A stretch of 64,000 nt of DNA, taken from NCBI GenBank assembly GCA_947625815.1, contig CANQPU010000011.1:805-64804 (forward strand), given 5' to 3'. Shown here in pieces: positions 20,583 through 30,667 of this stretch (its first letter is position 1; each line of letters starts with the position of its first letter). This DNA is from an uncultured Oscillospiraceae bacterium (GTDB lineage: Bacteria; Bacillota; Clostridia; Oscillospirales; Oscillospiraceae). A program made the position numbers and the translations under genes. A model generated the notes under the pieces. That model saw nothing but the letters and a program-made list of their open reading frames with translations. It was not told where the DNA came from and searched no databases.

Positions 20583-23009
20583 TCAGTTGAATACGTGGTC
20601 GTAATAGTCCTTTGTGATGATGAGCTTGGAGTTGCGGATCTTGCCGTTTACCAGGTTTTTGACCTTCTTCACGTAGTCGTCGGCCACGGTGATGCCCTCG
20701 TTGGGGGTGAAGACGCCGGTGCTGGCCTCATAGGTGCCGGCGGCGGTGATCCAGCTGTTGCCCTGGCCGTGGTTGTTGGCAAAGATCACCAGCGGCATAC
20801 AGCTGGAGTACTCGTCCGCCTTGTAGTTGGTGGCGAAGATGTCCCGGCCGGTGTAGAGGCGGGAATCGTAATCCAGCCCGAAGAGGTTGCAGACGGTGGG
20901 AACGATGTCGCAGGAGTAGCAGGGGGTGTTCACCACCGTGCGGGGGATGGAGGCCGACCACATCATCAGGGTGCTGCGGTAGCGGCTGGTGACCCTCTCG
21001 TCGTCTTCGGGACGGCCGAAGAGGACGTTCAGCTCGTTATAGTAGTCGGTGTCATCTCCCTGCTGGCTGTTGCCCTGGTAGAGGAAGTAGGGGTAGTGGT
21101 CGGCGGCCAGGACGACCAGCGTGTCGTCGGCGATGCCCGCGTCCTCCAGCTTCTTCACCAGCACCTCCATGGCCCGGTCAAGCTCGATGTTGGCGGCCAG
21201 AAACGCCATGGCCGGCTCGGAGAGGCCGGGGTATTTGGCCTCCACCAGGCTCCGGTACTTGGTGGCCCACTTGTTCCCGGAAAACTTCCAGGGGCCGTGG
21301 CCGGAGATGGTCATATAGTAGGTGTGGAAGGGCTGGCCGGTCTGCAAATAGTTGTTGATATACTCGTCGGCGGTGGCCTCGATCATCTCGCTGTCCGAGG
21401 CCAGCCACCCCTTGGTGGGCAGCTCCAGACCGGAGCCGATGGCCTTGAAATCATAGCCGTAGGTGGCCAGATACTCGTTGCGGTTATAGAAGGTGTAATC
21501 GCCGTTGTGCCAGGCGGGCGTGAAGTAGCCGATGGCCCGGAACATGTTGCCCAGGGTGGTGGGCATGGCGTTGTTGATGGACTGACGGGCGGAATCGGAC
21601 TTGTTCACCCAGTTGGGGATGACGCCGGTGGTGACGGAGAACTCGCCGCCGCAGGTGGACAGGGTCCAGTCGGGCTGATAGAAGTTGGTGAAGACGAAGC
21701 CCTCCTGCTGGGTCATCCGGTAGAGGGTGGGGGTCAGCTCCGGATCCACCACGTAATCGTCAAAGGACTCGGCGCAGATGAGGATCAGGTTCTTGCCGGC
21801 GAAAAGGCCGGTGTACTCGTTCTCCATGGAGGGGGTGAGGGAGCCGAAATACTCGTGCATGGACTTGAGGGTCTTGTCCGAGGTGCTTTCGGCCAGCGCC
21901 GCAAAGTCGATGGAGTCGATGACGTTGGGGCCGTATTCCCGGGGCGGCGCCGGGGGATCCTGCTCTCCGCCCGGGTCCTGAGTCCCGCCGGGGTTCTGCT
22001 CTCCGCCCGGGTCCTGGGTCCCGTCGGGGTTCTGCTCCCCGCCCGGATCCTGGGTCCCGCCGGGGTTTTGCTCTCCGCCCGGGTCCTGGGTCCCGCTGGG
22101 ATCCTCAAGGAAGGAGCTCATATCCGCCTCCGGCATTCCGAAGAGGGCGTACTGGAACTCCAGGCGGACGGAATTGGCCAGCCCGAACTCCGGGATGCCG
22201 TAGATGATGTTGAAATCGTAGGTATAGTAAGGCTCGACGGCCTTGGTCGTGCTCAGCGTGACGGCGAAGAACTGGGCCAGGACCAGCAGGATCAGAACAA
22301 AGCCGCGGACAGACCAGCGCTGGCCCTTTTCGTAGAAGACGGCCCTGCGCCTGATGACGTAGAACACCAGGGGGATGAGGGAGAGAAGGATGAAGGGGAT
22401 GAGGTCGATGATGGCGGTGACCACGTTCCCGCCGAATTCGCCCACCGCGTTTCCGGCGGTGGCGGCGGCGGCCAGGACGCCGTAGTAGATGCCGAACATG
22501 CCCTTCATGCCCCGCTCCACGCACATCACCACGATGAAGGCAAAGGAGAGGAGCCCGCCGACCCAGCGGGAGACCTTTTTGGCGGGGATGAGGTCGAGGA
22601 TCAGGAACACCATGAGCCCGTAGGCCAGGGAAAAGAGGAGGATCCGGAAAAGGGCCGGGGCAAAGAAAGAGGAGTCCCTGTCATAGAGGCGAAGCAAAAG
22701 CTCGTGATAAAGGAGGGCGCAGGGGAAGAAGAGCATGGAGAAAAGGGGCGAGGCCTTCATGCCGCGGCGCCGGGAGGTCCGCCGGCCCGAGGGGGCGGGA
22801 CGGGCGCCGGAGGAGGGGGCCGTCCGGCGGGAGGCCCCGGAGGAGGGACGGGGGGAGGAGGGGACGCGGCGGGGAGGCACCGACCCATAGGAGGGATAGC
22901 CGCCGGAGCCCGGGCGGGCCCCGCTCCTGTCGCCGTTATCGATATTCCGGGGGTGGTGCGGGACCGTGGGATCGCGCCCTATATCATGATCGCCGCTGTA
23001 ATTGTTCAT
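20583..23009 (-). CDS. LTA synthase family / sulfatase-domain membrane protein (paralogue 2)
   Basis: Also 808 aa and separated from paralogue 1 by 20 nt. The catalytic domains are clearly homologous (e.g. FANNHGQGNSWITAAGTYEA vs FANNKGQGNSWITAAGTYEA). Confidence 0.8.
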   Translation of the reverse strand: MNNYSGDHDIGRDPTVPHHPRNIDNGDRSGARPGSGGYPSYGSVPPRRVPSSPRPSSGASRRTAPSSGARPAPSGRRTSRRRGMKASPLFSMLFFPCALLYHELLLRLYDRDSSFFAPALFRILLFSLAYGLMVFLILDLIPAKKVSRWVGGLLSFAFIVVMCVERGMKGMFGIYYGVLAAAATAGNAVGEFGGNVVTAIIDLIPFILLSLIPLVFYVIRRRAVFYEKGQRWSVRGFVLILLVLAQFFAVTLSTTKAVEPYYTYDFNIIYGIPEFGLANSVRLEFQYALFGMPEADMSSFLEDPSGTQDPGGEQNPGGTQDPGGEQNPDGTQDPGGEQNPGGTQDPGGEQDPPAPPREYGPNVIDSIDFAALAESTSDKTLKSMHEYFGSLTPSMENEYTGLFAGKNLILICAESFDDYVVDPELTPTLYRMTQQEGFVFTNFYQPDWTLSTCGGEFSVTTGVIPNWVNKSDSARQSINNAMPTTLGNMFRAIGYFTPAWHNGDYTFYNRNEYLATYGYDFKAIGSGLELPTKGWLASDSEMIEATADEYINNYLQTGQPFHTYYMTISGHGPWKFSGNKWATKYRSLVEAKYPGLSEPAMAFLAANIELDRAMEVLVKKLEDAGIADDTLVVLAADHYPYFLYQGNSQQGDDTDYYNELNVLFGRPEDDERVTSRYRSTLMMWSASIPRTVVNTPCYSCDIVPTVCNLFGLDYDSRLYTGRDIFATNYKADEYSSCMPLVIFANNHGQGNSWITAAGTYEASTGVFTPNEGITVADDYVKKVKNLVNGKIRNSKLIITKDYYDHVFN
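21971..22114. repeat. in-frame tandem repeat, 4 x 36 bp (8 x 18 bp half-units), inside paralogue 2
   Basis: Units start at 21971, 22007, 22043 and 22079, with only a few substitutions. They encode the GGEQNP/GGTQDP linker. Confidence 0.95.
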
Positions 23010-23269
23010 ATCGCTGCTCCGTTTCTGTGGAGGCGCGGGATCGACCGCGCATTCGACTGTTTTCCGCTGTATTATACACCTTTTGACAGCAAAAGAAAAG
23101 AGTGTTATGTCTACCAGAAAGTATAAACCGGGAAAACGTGAAAATAAACAACATCTCCACTACAAAAAGTTACAATTTTATGATATACTGGGTCCACAGG
23201 CTTTTTCATTTATCATTATAGACGCGAAAGCATCATAACCGCATCGATTTTGTTAAGGGAGGCGCCGTT

Positions 23270-26200
23270 ATGCTCAGACTTTACCTTGGACGGGCCGGGA
23301 GCGGCAGGACGTCGTATATTTTGTCCGTCCTGGGGGAGATGGCGGAGAGGGGCGAGGGGGGGAATATCCTCATCGTCCCGGAGCAGTATTCCCACGACTG
23401 CGAGCGGGCGCTGGCGGCGCTGGGGGACCGGGTGTGTCTCTATGCCCAGGCGCTGAGCTTCACCAGGCTGGCTGTCCGGGTCTCCGCCCAGACCGGCGGG
23501 ATGGCGCGGCCCGCGCTGGACGCCGGCGGCCGGACCCTGGCCATGAGCCGGGCGTTCATGGCTGTTTCGTCCCGGCTGAAGGTCTACGACGTGGGCGGCC
23601 GGCGGCCGGACTTCATCAGGGCCCTGCTGGCCGCATATGACGAGCTTAAGTCCGCCGGGGCGGGAGCGGACGCCATGTCCGCGGCCTCCGAAAGGCTCGG
23701 GGGCACGCTGGGGCGGAAGCTGAGTGACCTGGCCCTCATCTTTGAGGCCTTCGAGGCCGTGAAGGAGACCGCGGGGCTGGACATGAGGGACAGGCTGGAA
23801 AGGCTGGCGGAGGACATCGGGAAAAGCGACATCGGCCTCACCGGCCGGGTGTTCGTGGACGGCTTCACGGACTTCACCGGGCAGGAGCTCCGGATCCTCG
23901 GGGAGCTTATGAGGAAGGGGGCGGACGTGACGGTGACGCTGACCTGCCCGGACATCGGGGAGCGGGACCTTCTGTTCCTGCCCGGAGTGCGGACGGCCAA
24001 CGCCCTGCTGCACCGGGCGCGGGAGCTGGGGGTGCCCACGGAGATCCGCCGGTTCGAAGAGGTCCCGGGGAGAGATCCGGCGCTGCGGTATCTGGAGAGG
24101 AACCTGTTTAACTATGCCGCGCCCGGCTTCGGGGGAGACGCCTCCGCCGTCTCGGTGATCCACGCCGGGGCCATGTCCGAGGAGTGCGCCGCCGCGGCGG
24201 CGCGGGTGCTGGAGCTGGTGCGGAACGGGACCCGGTTCCGGGATATCGCCGTGGTCTCGCCCCAGTGGCCGGCCTACGCGCCCATCCTGGCCTGCGTCTT
24301 TGACAGCTACGGCATCCCCGCCGCCCGGACGGAGATGAGCGATATCCTGGAAAAGCCGGTGATGGCGCACCTGACAGCGGCGCTGGACAGCATCGGCAGC
24401 AACTGGGATTATGTAAACATGTTCAGGTATCTGAAAACGGGCCTTGTGGAGATCGCGCCGGAGGACCGGGATCTGCTGGAGAACTACGTGCTCAAGTGGA
24501 ACATCCGGGGAGAGGGGATGTGGTCGAGGCCCTGGGTCATGGCGCCGGAGGGGTATTCCGACGGCGTATCGGAGGGGCAGAGGGAGCTTCTGGAGCGGAT
24601 CAACGCGGTGCGGGAGCGGGTGGCAAGGCCGCTGACGGCGCTGTCGGGGAAGCTGGCCGCCGCCGGGTCCGCCGTGGAGAAGGTCCGGGCCGTCTATGAA
24701 TTCATGGAGGAGACGGAGCTTTACGGGATCCTGGAGGAGAAGGCCCAGGCCCTCAGCCTCGCCGGACGGGCGGAGCTTGCCGGGGAATACAGGCAGCTCT
24801 GGGACATCATCGTCGGGGCGCTGGAGCAATTCGCGGCGATCCTGGGGGACGCGGCCATCGGGACGGAGGAATTCGTCAGGCTCCTGAAGCTGGTGCTGGG
24901 ACAGTACAAGGTGGGGGTGATCCCCTCGTCGGTGGACAGCGTCCGGGCCGGCGACATGGCCAGGATCAGGGCCCGGGGCGTCCGGCACCTGATCGTGCTG
25001 GGCGCCACGGACGACGCGCTGCCGGCGCGGTCGGAGGACGGGGGGCTCTTCACCGACCGGGAGCGGGAGCGGCTGTGCGAGCAGGGTATCGAGACGCTGG
25101 ATGACCGGGAGATGAAGCTGGCGCGGGAGCTCGCGGGGGTCTACGCGGCCCTGACGGTGCCCACGGACAGCCTGACGCTGACGTATCCCGAGCCGGCGCG
25201 GGGGAGCTATATCCTGACGCGGCTCGAAAGGCTCTTCGGCACGGCGCAGACAAGACCGGGGGAGGAGATCTTTACCGCGGCGCCCGGGCCCTGCTTTGAG
25301 CTGGCGGCCTTTGACGGCGGGGAGACCGCCGGGAGGGCCAGGAGCTGGTTCGAGGAGAAGGAGGAGTGGCGGGGGAAGCTCTCGGCCGTGGAGCGGGCGG
25401 CAAACGCCCCCAGAGGGCAGCTGAGCCGCCAGGTGGCCCGGGAGCTTTACGGGGGAAAGATGCGGCTCTCGGCCTCTAAGATCGACAAGTATTATTCGTG
25501 CCGGTACGCCTATTTCCTCCAATACGGACTGGGGGCCAGACCCCGGGACGAGGCGGCGCTGGACGCGCCGGAGGCCGGGACCTTCATGCATTTCGTGCTG
25601 GAGCGGACGGCCAGGCAGGTCAAGTCCATGGGCGGGTTCAGGGCCGTGACCGAGGCCGACGTGCGGCGCATGGCGGCGGGCTTCGCCCAGGAGTACGCCG
25701 ACGGGAGGCTCGGCGGCCTGGAGAACAAGTCCGGCCGGTTCCGCTATCTCTTCGGGCGGCTGACCAGGGCGGCCCAGCAGGTGGCGGTGACGATGTACCA
25801 GGACCTGAGGGAGTCGGATTTCACACCCATGGACTTTGAGCTCCGGTTCGCGCCCGACGGGGAGCTGCCGCCTGTGGAGACAGGCGAGGGCGACACCGTC
25901 GTGGGGGCCGTGGACCGGGTGGACGGCTGGGTGAAGGACGGGAAGCTCTATCTTCGGGTGGTGGACTACAAGACCGGGAAAAAGACCATGGACCTGCGGG
26001 ACGTCATCAACGGAGTGGGGCTCCAGATGCTCATCTACCTCTTTGCCCTGGAGCGTGAGGGGGCACGAAGGTACGGCATGGAGATCGTGCCGGCGGGCGT
26101 CCTCTACTCCCCGGCGCGGGACGAGCTGGTCCGGTCGGACAGGGATCTGGAGGGGGAAGAGCTGGAAAAGGCCCGCCAGAAGCTGGTGCGCTACTCGGGG

Positions 26201-26557
26201 CTCATCCTGGCGGACGCCGAGGTCATGGAGGCCATGGAGCACGGGAGCCGGAAGCGCCTGCCCGTGACGGTCTCCTCGCGGACCGGCGAGGTCCGGGGCG
26301 GCATCGCCGACGCCGAGCAGCTGGGAAAGCTCTCCCGCGTCGTTGACCGGCTCATTGACGAGATGAGCCGGGAGATCCGGGCCGGGTCCATCACGGCGAA
26401 CCCCTATCTGCGGGGGCGGGTGGAGAGCGCCTGCGCGTTTTGCAAATTCCACGACGCCTGCCGCTTCACCGATGGGCGCGGCGGGGAGAGCTTCAGGCGG
26501 GCGTCGAGTATACGGACGGCCGACATCTGGAAAAAGATCGAGGAGGCGGGGAGATGA
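23270..26557 (+). CDS. addB: helicase-exonuclease AddAB, subunit B
   Basis: 1095 aa. N-terminal GRAGSGRT P-loop-like motif. C-terminal nuclease/Fe-S cysteines (YSCRYAYF ... CAFCKFHDAC). It lies directly upstream of addA and overlaps it. Confidence 0.9.
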   Translation: MLRLYLGRAGSGRTSYILSVLGEMAERGEGGNILIVPEQYSHDCERALAALGDRVCLYAQALSFTRLAVRVSAQTGGMARPALDAGGRTLAMSRAFMAVSSRLKVYDVGGRRPDFIRALLAAYDELKSAGAGADAMSAASERLGGTLGRKLSDLALIFEAFEAVKETAGLDMRDRLERLAEDIGKSDIGLTGRVFVDGFTDFTGQELRILGELMRKGADVTVTLTCPDIGERDLLFLPGVRTANALLHRARELGVPTEIRRFEEVPGRDPALRYLERNLFNYAAPGFGGDASAVSVIHAGAMSEECAAAAARVLELVRNGTRFRDIAVVSPQWPAYAPILACVFDSYGIPAARTEMSDILEKPVMAHLTAALDSIGSNWDYVNMFRYLKTGLVEIAPEDRDLLENYVLKWNIRGEGMWSRPWVMAPEGYSDGVSEGQRELLERINAVRERVARPLTALSGKLAAAGSAVEKVRAVYEFMEETELYGILEEKAQALSLAGRAELAGEYRQLWDIIVGALEQFAAILGDAAIGTEEFVRLLKLVLGQYKVGVIPSSVDSVRAGDMARIRARGVRHLIVLGATDDALPARSEDGGLFTDRERERLCEQGIETLDDREMKLARELAGVYAALTVPTDSLTLTYPEPARGSYILTRLERLFGTAQTRPGEEIFTAAPGPCFELAAFDGGETAGRARSWFEEKEEWRGKLSAVERAANAPRGQLSRQVARELYGGKMRLSASKIDKYYSCRYAYFLQYGLGARPRDEAALDAPEAGTFMHFVLERTARQVKSMGGFRAVTEADVRRMAAGFAQEYADGRLGGLENKSGRFRYLFGRLTRAAQQVAVTMYQDLRESDFTPMDFELRFAPDGELPPVETGEGDTVVGAVDRVDGWVKDGKLYLRVVDYKTGKKTMDLRDVINGVGLQMLIYLFALEREGARRYGMEIVPAGVLYSPARDELVRSDRDLEGEELEKARQKLVRYSGLILADAEVMEAMEHGSRKRLPVTVSSRTGEVRGGIADAEQLGKLSRVVDRLIDEMSREIRAGSITANPYLRGRVESACAFCKFHDACRFTDGRGGESFRRASSIRTADIWKKIEEAGR

Positions 26558-29500
26558 GCGCGATATCACTGACGGCCGGACAGGCCGCGGCCGTTGAGAC
26601 CGGGGGCGGACAGGTGCTTGTCTCCGCCGCCGCGGGCAGCGGCAAGACCAGGGTGCTCGTGGAGCGGCTCATGCGGAGGCTGGAGGCCGGGGCCGACGTG
26701 GATGATTTTCTCATCATCACCTACACGAACGCCGCCGCGGCGGAGCTGCGGGGCAAGATCCTGGACGCCATCATGGAACGGATAGACGAGGCCCCCGGGG
26801 ATCTGAGGCTGCGCCGGGAGGCGGGCCTTGTGGGGCGGGCGCGGATCGGCACCATCCACAGCTTCTGCGCCGCGGTGATCCGGGAAAACGCCCACGCCCT
26901 GGGGCTGGCGCCGGATTTTCGGATCGCCGACGAGAGCGAGGCGGGGCTTATCCGCCAGGCCGCGCTGGAGGACACGCTGGAGGAGCTTTACGCCTCCGGG
27001 GACGCGGGCTTTTTCGCCCTGGCGGACACCATGGGCGCCGGCCGGGACGACTCCGCGCTGGCCTCGGTGATCCTGGATACATACGCCAAGCTCCTGAGCC
27101 ATCCGTCGCCCGCCAGGTGGGTGGAGGAGCAGAAGAGAGCGCTTAAGCTCGGAGATGTCTCGGACGCCGGGGAGACGGTCTGGGGCCGGGCCGTCATGGA
27201 CAGGGCCCGGGAGGCAGCGGCCTACTGGCGGGAGCAGTTTGAGCGCCTGCTGGACGAGGCCGCCCGGGACGGAAAGGTGGAGAAGGGCTACGGGGCCAGC
27301 TTCCGGGCGACCTACGAGTCCCTGTGCCGCTTCGAGCGCGCCCTTGAGGGGACCTGGGACCGGGCGCGGGAGGCGTCGGACATCCAATTCCCTCCGGGGA
27401 GGCTCTCGGGCTACGAGGAGCTGAAGGCTGTCCGCTCGGCCTGCAAAAAGGCCATGGAGAAGATCTCGGGCCTTTTTTGGGACGACTCGGCGCGGGCGCT
27501 TTCGGATATGGGCGCCGTGGCGCCGGGGATGCGGGCGCTTTTCGACGCCGTTCTCCTGTTTGATAAACACTACGGCGAGGCAAAACGTCACAGGGGCGTG
27601 CTGGATTTTTCGGATCAGGAGCATTTCGCCCTGAAGCTCCTGGTAGACCCGGACACCATGGGGCCCACCGGGACGGCGCGGGAGATCGGAGAGCGGTTCG
27701 CGGAGATCATGGTGGACGAATATCAGGATGTGAACGCCATACAGGAGGCCATCCTGACCGCCGTGTCCCGGGAGGGCAGGAACATCTTTGCCGTGGGGGA
27801 CGTGAAGCAGTCCATCTATCGCTTCCGTCTGGCGGATCCCACCATCTTCCTGAAGAAATACATGACCTTTTCCGACCACGGAGACGCCGGGGAGGGCGAG
27901 CCGCGCCGGGTGGTGCTGTCCAAGAATTTCCGCTCCCGTGAGGGGATCCTGGAGGCGGTGAATTTCATCTTTGCCAATACCATGAGCGTCCGGCTGGGGG
28001 AGCTGGACTATACGGAGCGGGAGTACCTCTATCCCGGCGCGGACTTCCCGGAGACCGGGGAGCCGGAGGTGGAGCTGGACGTAGTGGACCTGCGGGACCC
28101 GGATGAGGAGGAGACGGACGGCGGGGCCTTTGAGGACAGGAGCGAGGCGGAGGCCGCCTTTGCCGCGGAGCGGATACGGCAGCTTTTGACGGACGGGGTC
28201 CTGTCCGACGGGGCGGGAGGTGTCAGGCCCGTGCGGTATTCGGATATCGCCATCCTCATGCGCTCGCCGGGACCGGTCTTTGCCAGGTGGCAGCAGGTCT
28301 TTGCCGCCTTCGGCATCCCCCTGACGAGCGAGCGATCCTCGGAGTTCTTTGCCGAGGAGGAGGTCAGCCTGGCCCTCTCCATGCTGTCGGTCATCGACAA
28401 TCCCCGGCAGGATATCCCTCTCATCTCCACGCTCCGGTGCCCGGTGTACGGCTTTACGGCCCAGGAGCTGGGGGAGATACGGCTCTATGACCGGGAGGGA
28501 GATTTCTGGTCCGCCCTGGTGAAGGCGGGCGGGGAGAACAGCCATTGTAGGCAGTTTCTGGAGGAATTGGAGGGCTTCCGTGCCGCCGCCGCCGACATGA
28601 CCGCCGACGAGCTTATCTGGCACGTCTACGGGAGGACCGGCCTTTTGGCGGTGGTCAGCGCCATGAGCGACGGGTACAGGCGCCGGGAGAACCTGATGCT
28701 CCTTCTGGAGCTGGCCCGGAGCTGTGAGGGCGCGGGCTACAAGGGCCTGTTCGGCTTCATGACCTGGGTGCGGCGTCTGCGCGAGCAGGGGAAGGGCCCC
28801 GAGGGCGTGACCCGGGCCTCCGAGAACGCCGTGACGGTCATGAGCATCCACAAATCCAAAGGGCTCGAGTTCCCCATAGTGATCCTGGCCGGACTCACCC
28901 GGCAGTTCAACACCCGGGACACCCGGTCGCGGCTGCTCATCCATCCGGATCTTGGCCCGGGGCCCAAGCTCACGGACACGGACCGGGGGATCGAATACAA
29001 CACCCTGGCCCGCAGGGCGGTGGCGGAAAAGCTCCGATCGGAGCTGCTGAGCGAGGAGCTGAGAGTCCTCTACGTGGGCATGACCCGCGCCAGAGAGAAG
29101 CTGATCATGCTGGCGACTTTCGCAGACGCGGAAAAGCAGGTCTCACGGCTTGCGAACATGCCCCTGCCCGTGCCCCCGGAGGTCCTGCGCTCGGCGTCGT
29201 CCCCGGCGGAGTGGATCCTGATGCCGGCGCTGAGAAGGCCGGAGAGCGGGGCGATCCGCTTCGGAGCGCCCAATATCCCCTGCGGCACGGCGGGCAAGCC
29301 CTGGCTGGTGCGGCTCGTGACGCCGCCGGAGGGCCCGGACGTGGGCGAGGAGCCGGCCGCGCCGGAAAAACGCCCCGATCTGCCTGTGACGGAGGAGCTG
29401 CGGGTAAGGCTTGAGTATGTCTATCCGTACCCCGACGCCGTGAGGATGCCATCAAAGGTGACGGCCACGGAGCTCAAAGGGACCTACGCGAGCCGGGAGG

Positions 29501-30147
29501 CCGCCGAGGAGGCGGCGGGGCTTGCGGAGGGGGTGGAGGCCCCTGCGGAAGGGGTTACGGACCCTGGGGCAGGGGCGGACCGGGCGGAGCGGAAAAAGCC
29601 CACCGGCAGACCGGCCTTTATGGAGGGGAAGCGAGGCCTGACCGCCGCCCAGCGCGGCACGGCCGTCCATGTCGTCATGCAGTTTGCCAGCTACGCGGAG
29701 TGCCTGACGCCCGACGGGGCGGCGGGAGAGGTGGAGAGACTCAGGGCCATGGGCACCGTCACGGACGAGCAGGCGGCGGCGGTGGACCCCAGGCTGATCT
29801 CCGGCTTTTTCGCCACGGAGCCGGGCCGGCTCGTCCTGGGGGCGGAGAAGGTCTACCGGGAGCTGAAATTCTCCCTGTTGGTGGACTCCGGGGACCTGCC
29901 CGGGTTCGCGCCGGGGGAGAAGGTGCTGCTTCAGGGAGTGGTGGACTGCTGCGTGGAGACCGGCGGGAAGCTGACGGTCATCGACTTCAAGACCGACTGG
30001 GTGACGCCGCAGAACCTGAACGAGCGCGCCGCATTCTATAAAGGCCAGATGGACGCCTATTCTCTGGCCATGGAGCGGGTCCTGGGAAAGCCGGTGGAGA
30101 GGCGGCTCCTCTGCTTTCTGACGGCGGGGAGGTCCGTGGAGGTGTGA
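26554..30147 (+). CDS. addA: helicase-exonuclease AddAB, subunit A (UvrD-like helicase plus RecB-type nuclease)
   Basis: ATG 26554 overlaps the addB stop (ATGA). VSAAAGSGKT Walker A, IMVDEYQDVN, VGDVKQSIYRFR and MSIHKSKGLEF motifs. C-terminal GVVDCC...IDFKTD nuclease motif. Confidence 0.9.
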   Translation: MSAISLTAGQAAAVETGGGQVLVSAAAGSGKTRVLVERLMRRLEAGADVDDFLIITYTNAAAAELRGKILDAIMERIDEAPGDLRLRREAGLVGRARIGTIHSFCAAVIRENAHALGLAPDFRIADESEAGLIRQAALEDTLEELYASGDAGFFALADTMGAGRDDSALASVILDTYAKLLSHPSPARWVEEQKRALKLGDVSDAGETVWGRAVMDRAREAAAYWREQFERLLDEAARDGKVEKGYGASFRATYESLCRFERALEGTWDRAREASDIQFPPGRLSGYEELKAVRSACKKAMEKISGLFWDDSARALSDMGAVAPGMRALFDAVLLFDKHYGEAKRHRGVLDFSDQEHFALKLLVDPDTMGPTGTAREIGERFAEIMVDEYQDVNAIQEAILTAVSREGRNIFAVGDVKQSIYRFRLADPTIFLKKYMTFSDHGDAGEGEPRRVVLSKNFRSREGILEAVNFIFANTMSVRLGELDYTEREYLYPGADFPETGEPEVELDVVDLRDPDEEETDGGAFEDRSEAEAAFAAERIRQLLTDGVLSDGAGGVRPVRYSDIAILMRSPGPVFARWQQVFAAFGIPLTSERSSEFFAEEEVSLALSMLSVIDNPRQDIPLISTLRCPVYGFTAQELGEIRLYDREGDFWSALVKAGGENSHCRQFLEELEGFRAAAADMTADELIWHVYGRTGLLAVVSAMSDGYRRRENLMLLLELARSCEGAGYKGLFGFMTWVRRLREQGKGPEGVTRASENAVTVMSIHKSKGLEFPIVILAGLTRQFNTRDTRSRLLIHPDLGPGPKLTDTDRGIEYNTLARRAVAEKLRSELLSEELRVLYVGMTRAREKLIMLATFADAEKQVSRLANMPLPVPPEVLRSASSPAEWILMPALRRPESGAIRFGAPNIPCGTAGKPWLVRLVTPPEGPDVGEEPAAPEKRPDLPVTEELRVRLEYVYPYPDAVRMPSKVTATELKGTYASREAAEEAAGLAEGVEAPAEGVTDPGAGADRAERKKPTGRPAFMEGKRGLTAAQRGTAVHVVMQFASYAECLTPDGAAGEVERLRAMGTVTDEQAAAVDPRLISGFFATEPGRLVLGAEKVYRELKFSLLVDSGDLPGFAPGEKVLLQGVVDCCVETGGKLTVIDFKTDWVTPQNLNERAAFYKGQMDAYSLAMERVLGKPVERRLLCFLTAGRSVEV

Positions 30148-30194
30148 TCCGCGCCCGGGGTGAGAGAAAATGAGCGGCGTTTTGATAAAAAGGG

Positions 30195-30223
30195 TTGACA
30201 AGCGGGCGGGTATCTGCTAAAAT
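30195..30223 (+). promoter_or_regulatory. sigma-A-type promoter upstream of rpmE
   Basis: TTGACA (30195-30200), 17-nt spacer, TAAAAT (30218-30223). Confidence 0.7.
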
Positions 30224-30268
30224 ACCCTCTGCGTGAATAACGAACGAAACATGAAAGAGGTGAACGCA

Positions 30269-30469
30269 ATGAAGGAGGGCATCCATCCCAAGTACGAACA
30301 GACCACGATCAGGTGTGCCTGCGGCGAGGTCATTGAGACCGGAAGTACTAAGAGTGACATCAAGGTCGAAATCTGCTCCAAGTGTCACCCTTTCTATACC
30401 GGCAAGCAGAAGCTGGTGGACACCAGCGGCCGCGTGGATAAGTTCAACAAGAAGTTCGGACTTAAATAA
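30269..30469 (+). CDS. rpmE: 50S ribosomal protein L31 (zinc-binding type A)
   Basis: [21 protein letters not shown]...[24 protein letters not shown]. Confidence 0.95.
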   Translation: MKEGIHPKYEQTTIRCACGEVIETGSTKSDIKVEICSKCHPFYTGKQKLVDTSGRVDKFNKKFGLK

Positions 30470-30536
30470 AAGCGGCCGGACCGGAACGGCGGTTCCGCCC
30501 GCATCAGGGCGGACAGCGGACCATAAAGCGTAAAGG

Positions 30537-30574
30537 AACGCTCCGACGAGGACAATTCGCCGGAGCGTTTTCTT
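30537..30574 (+). terminator. terminator after rpmE
   Basis: 9-bp stem aacgctccg/cggagcgtt followed by TTTCTT. Confidence 0.6.
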
Positions 30575-30667
30575 ATAACGCGGGAGCCCGCGGACATAGA
30601 GGTGGATTTTTTCGGCGCTCTGTGGTAAAATGACCTCCATGTCCCGGCTTTTGACGGAAAGAAAGGA

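Noticed and set aside
18382-23126. 740-aa and 843-aa plus-strand ORFs opposite the two LtaS-like genes.
   Set aside because: Same reasoning. The products are low-complexity G/V/D/H-rich translations, while the minus-strand frames carry TM segments and sulfatase motifs.
23216-26569. A 1117-aa ORF antisense to addB. Similar antisense ORFs lie at 26566-28944 and 29987-31612, antisense to addA and the neighbouring lipoprotein gene.
   Set aside because: These are shadow frames typical of high-GC DNA. Their products are Arg/Pro/Gly-rich low-complexity sequence with no motifs, whereas the sense strand encodes clear AddB/AddA motifs with good RBSs.
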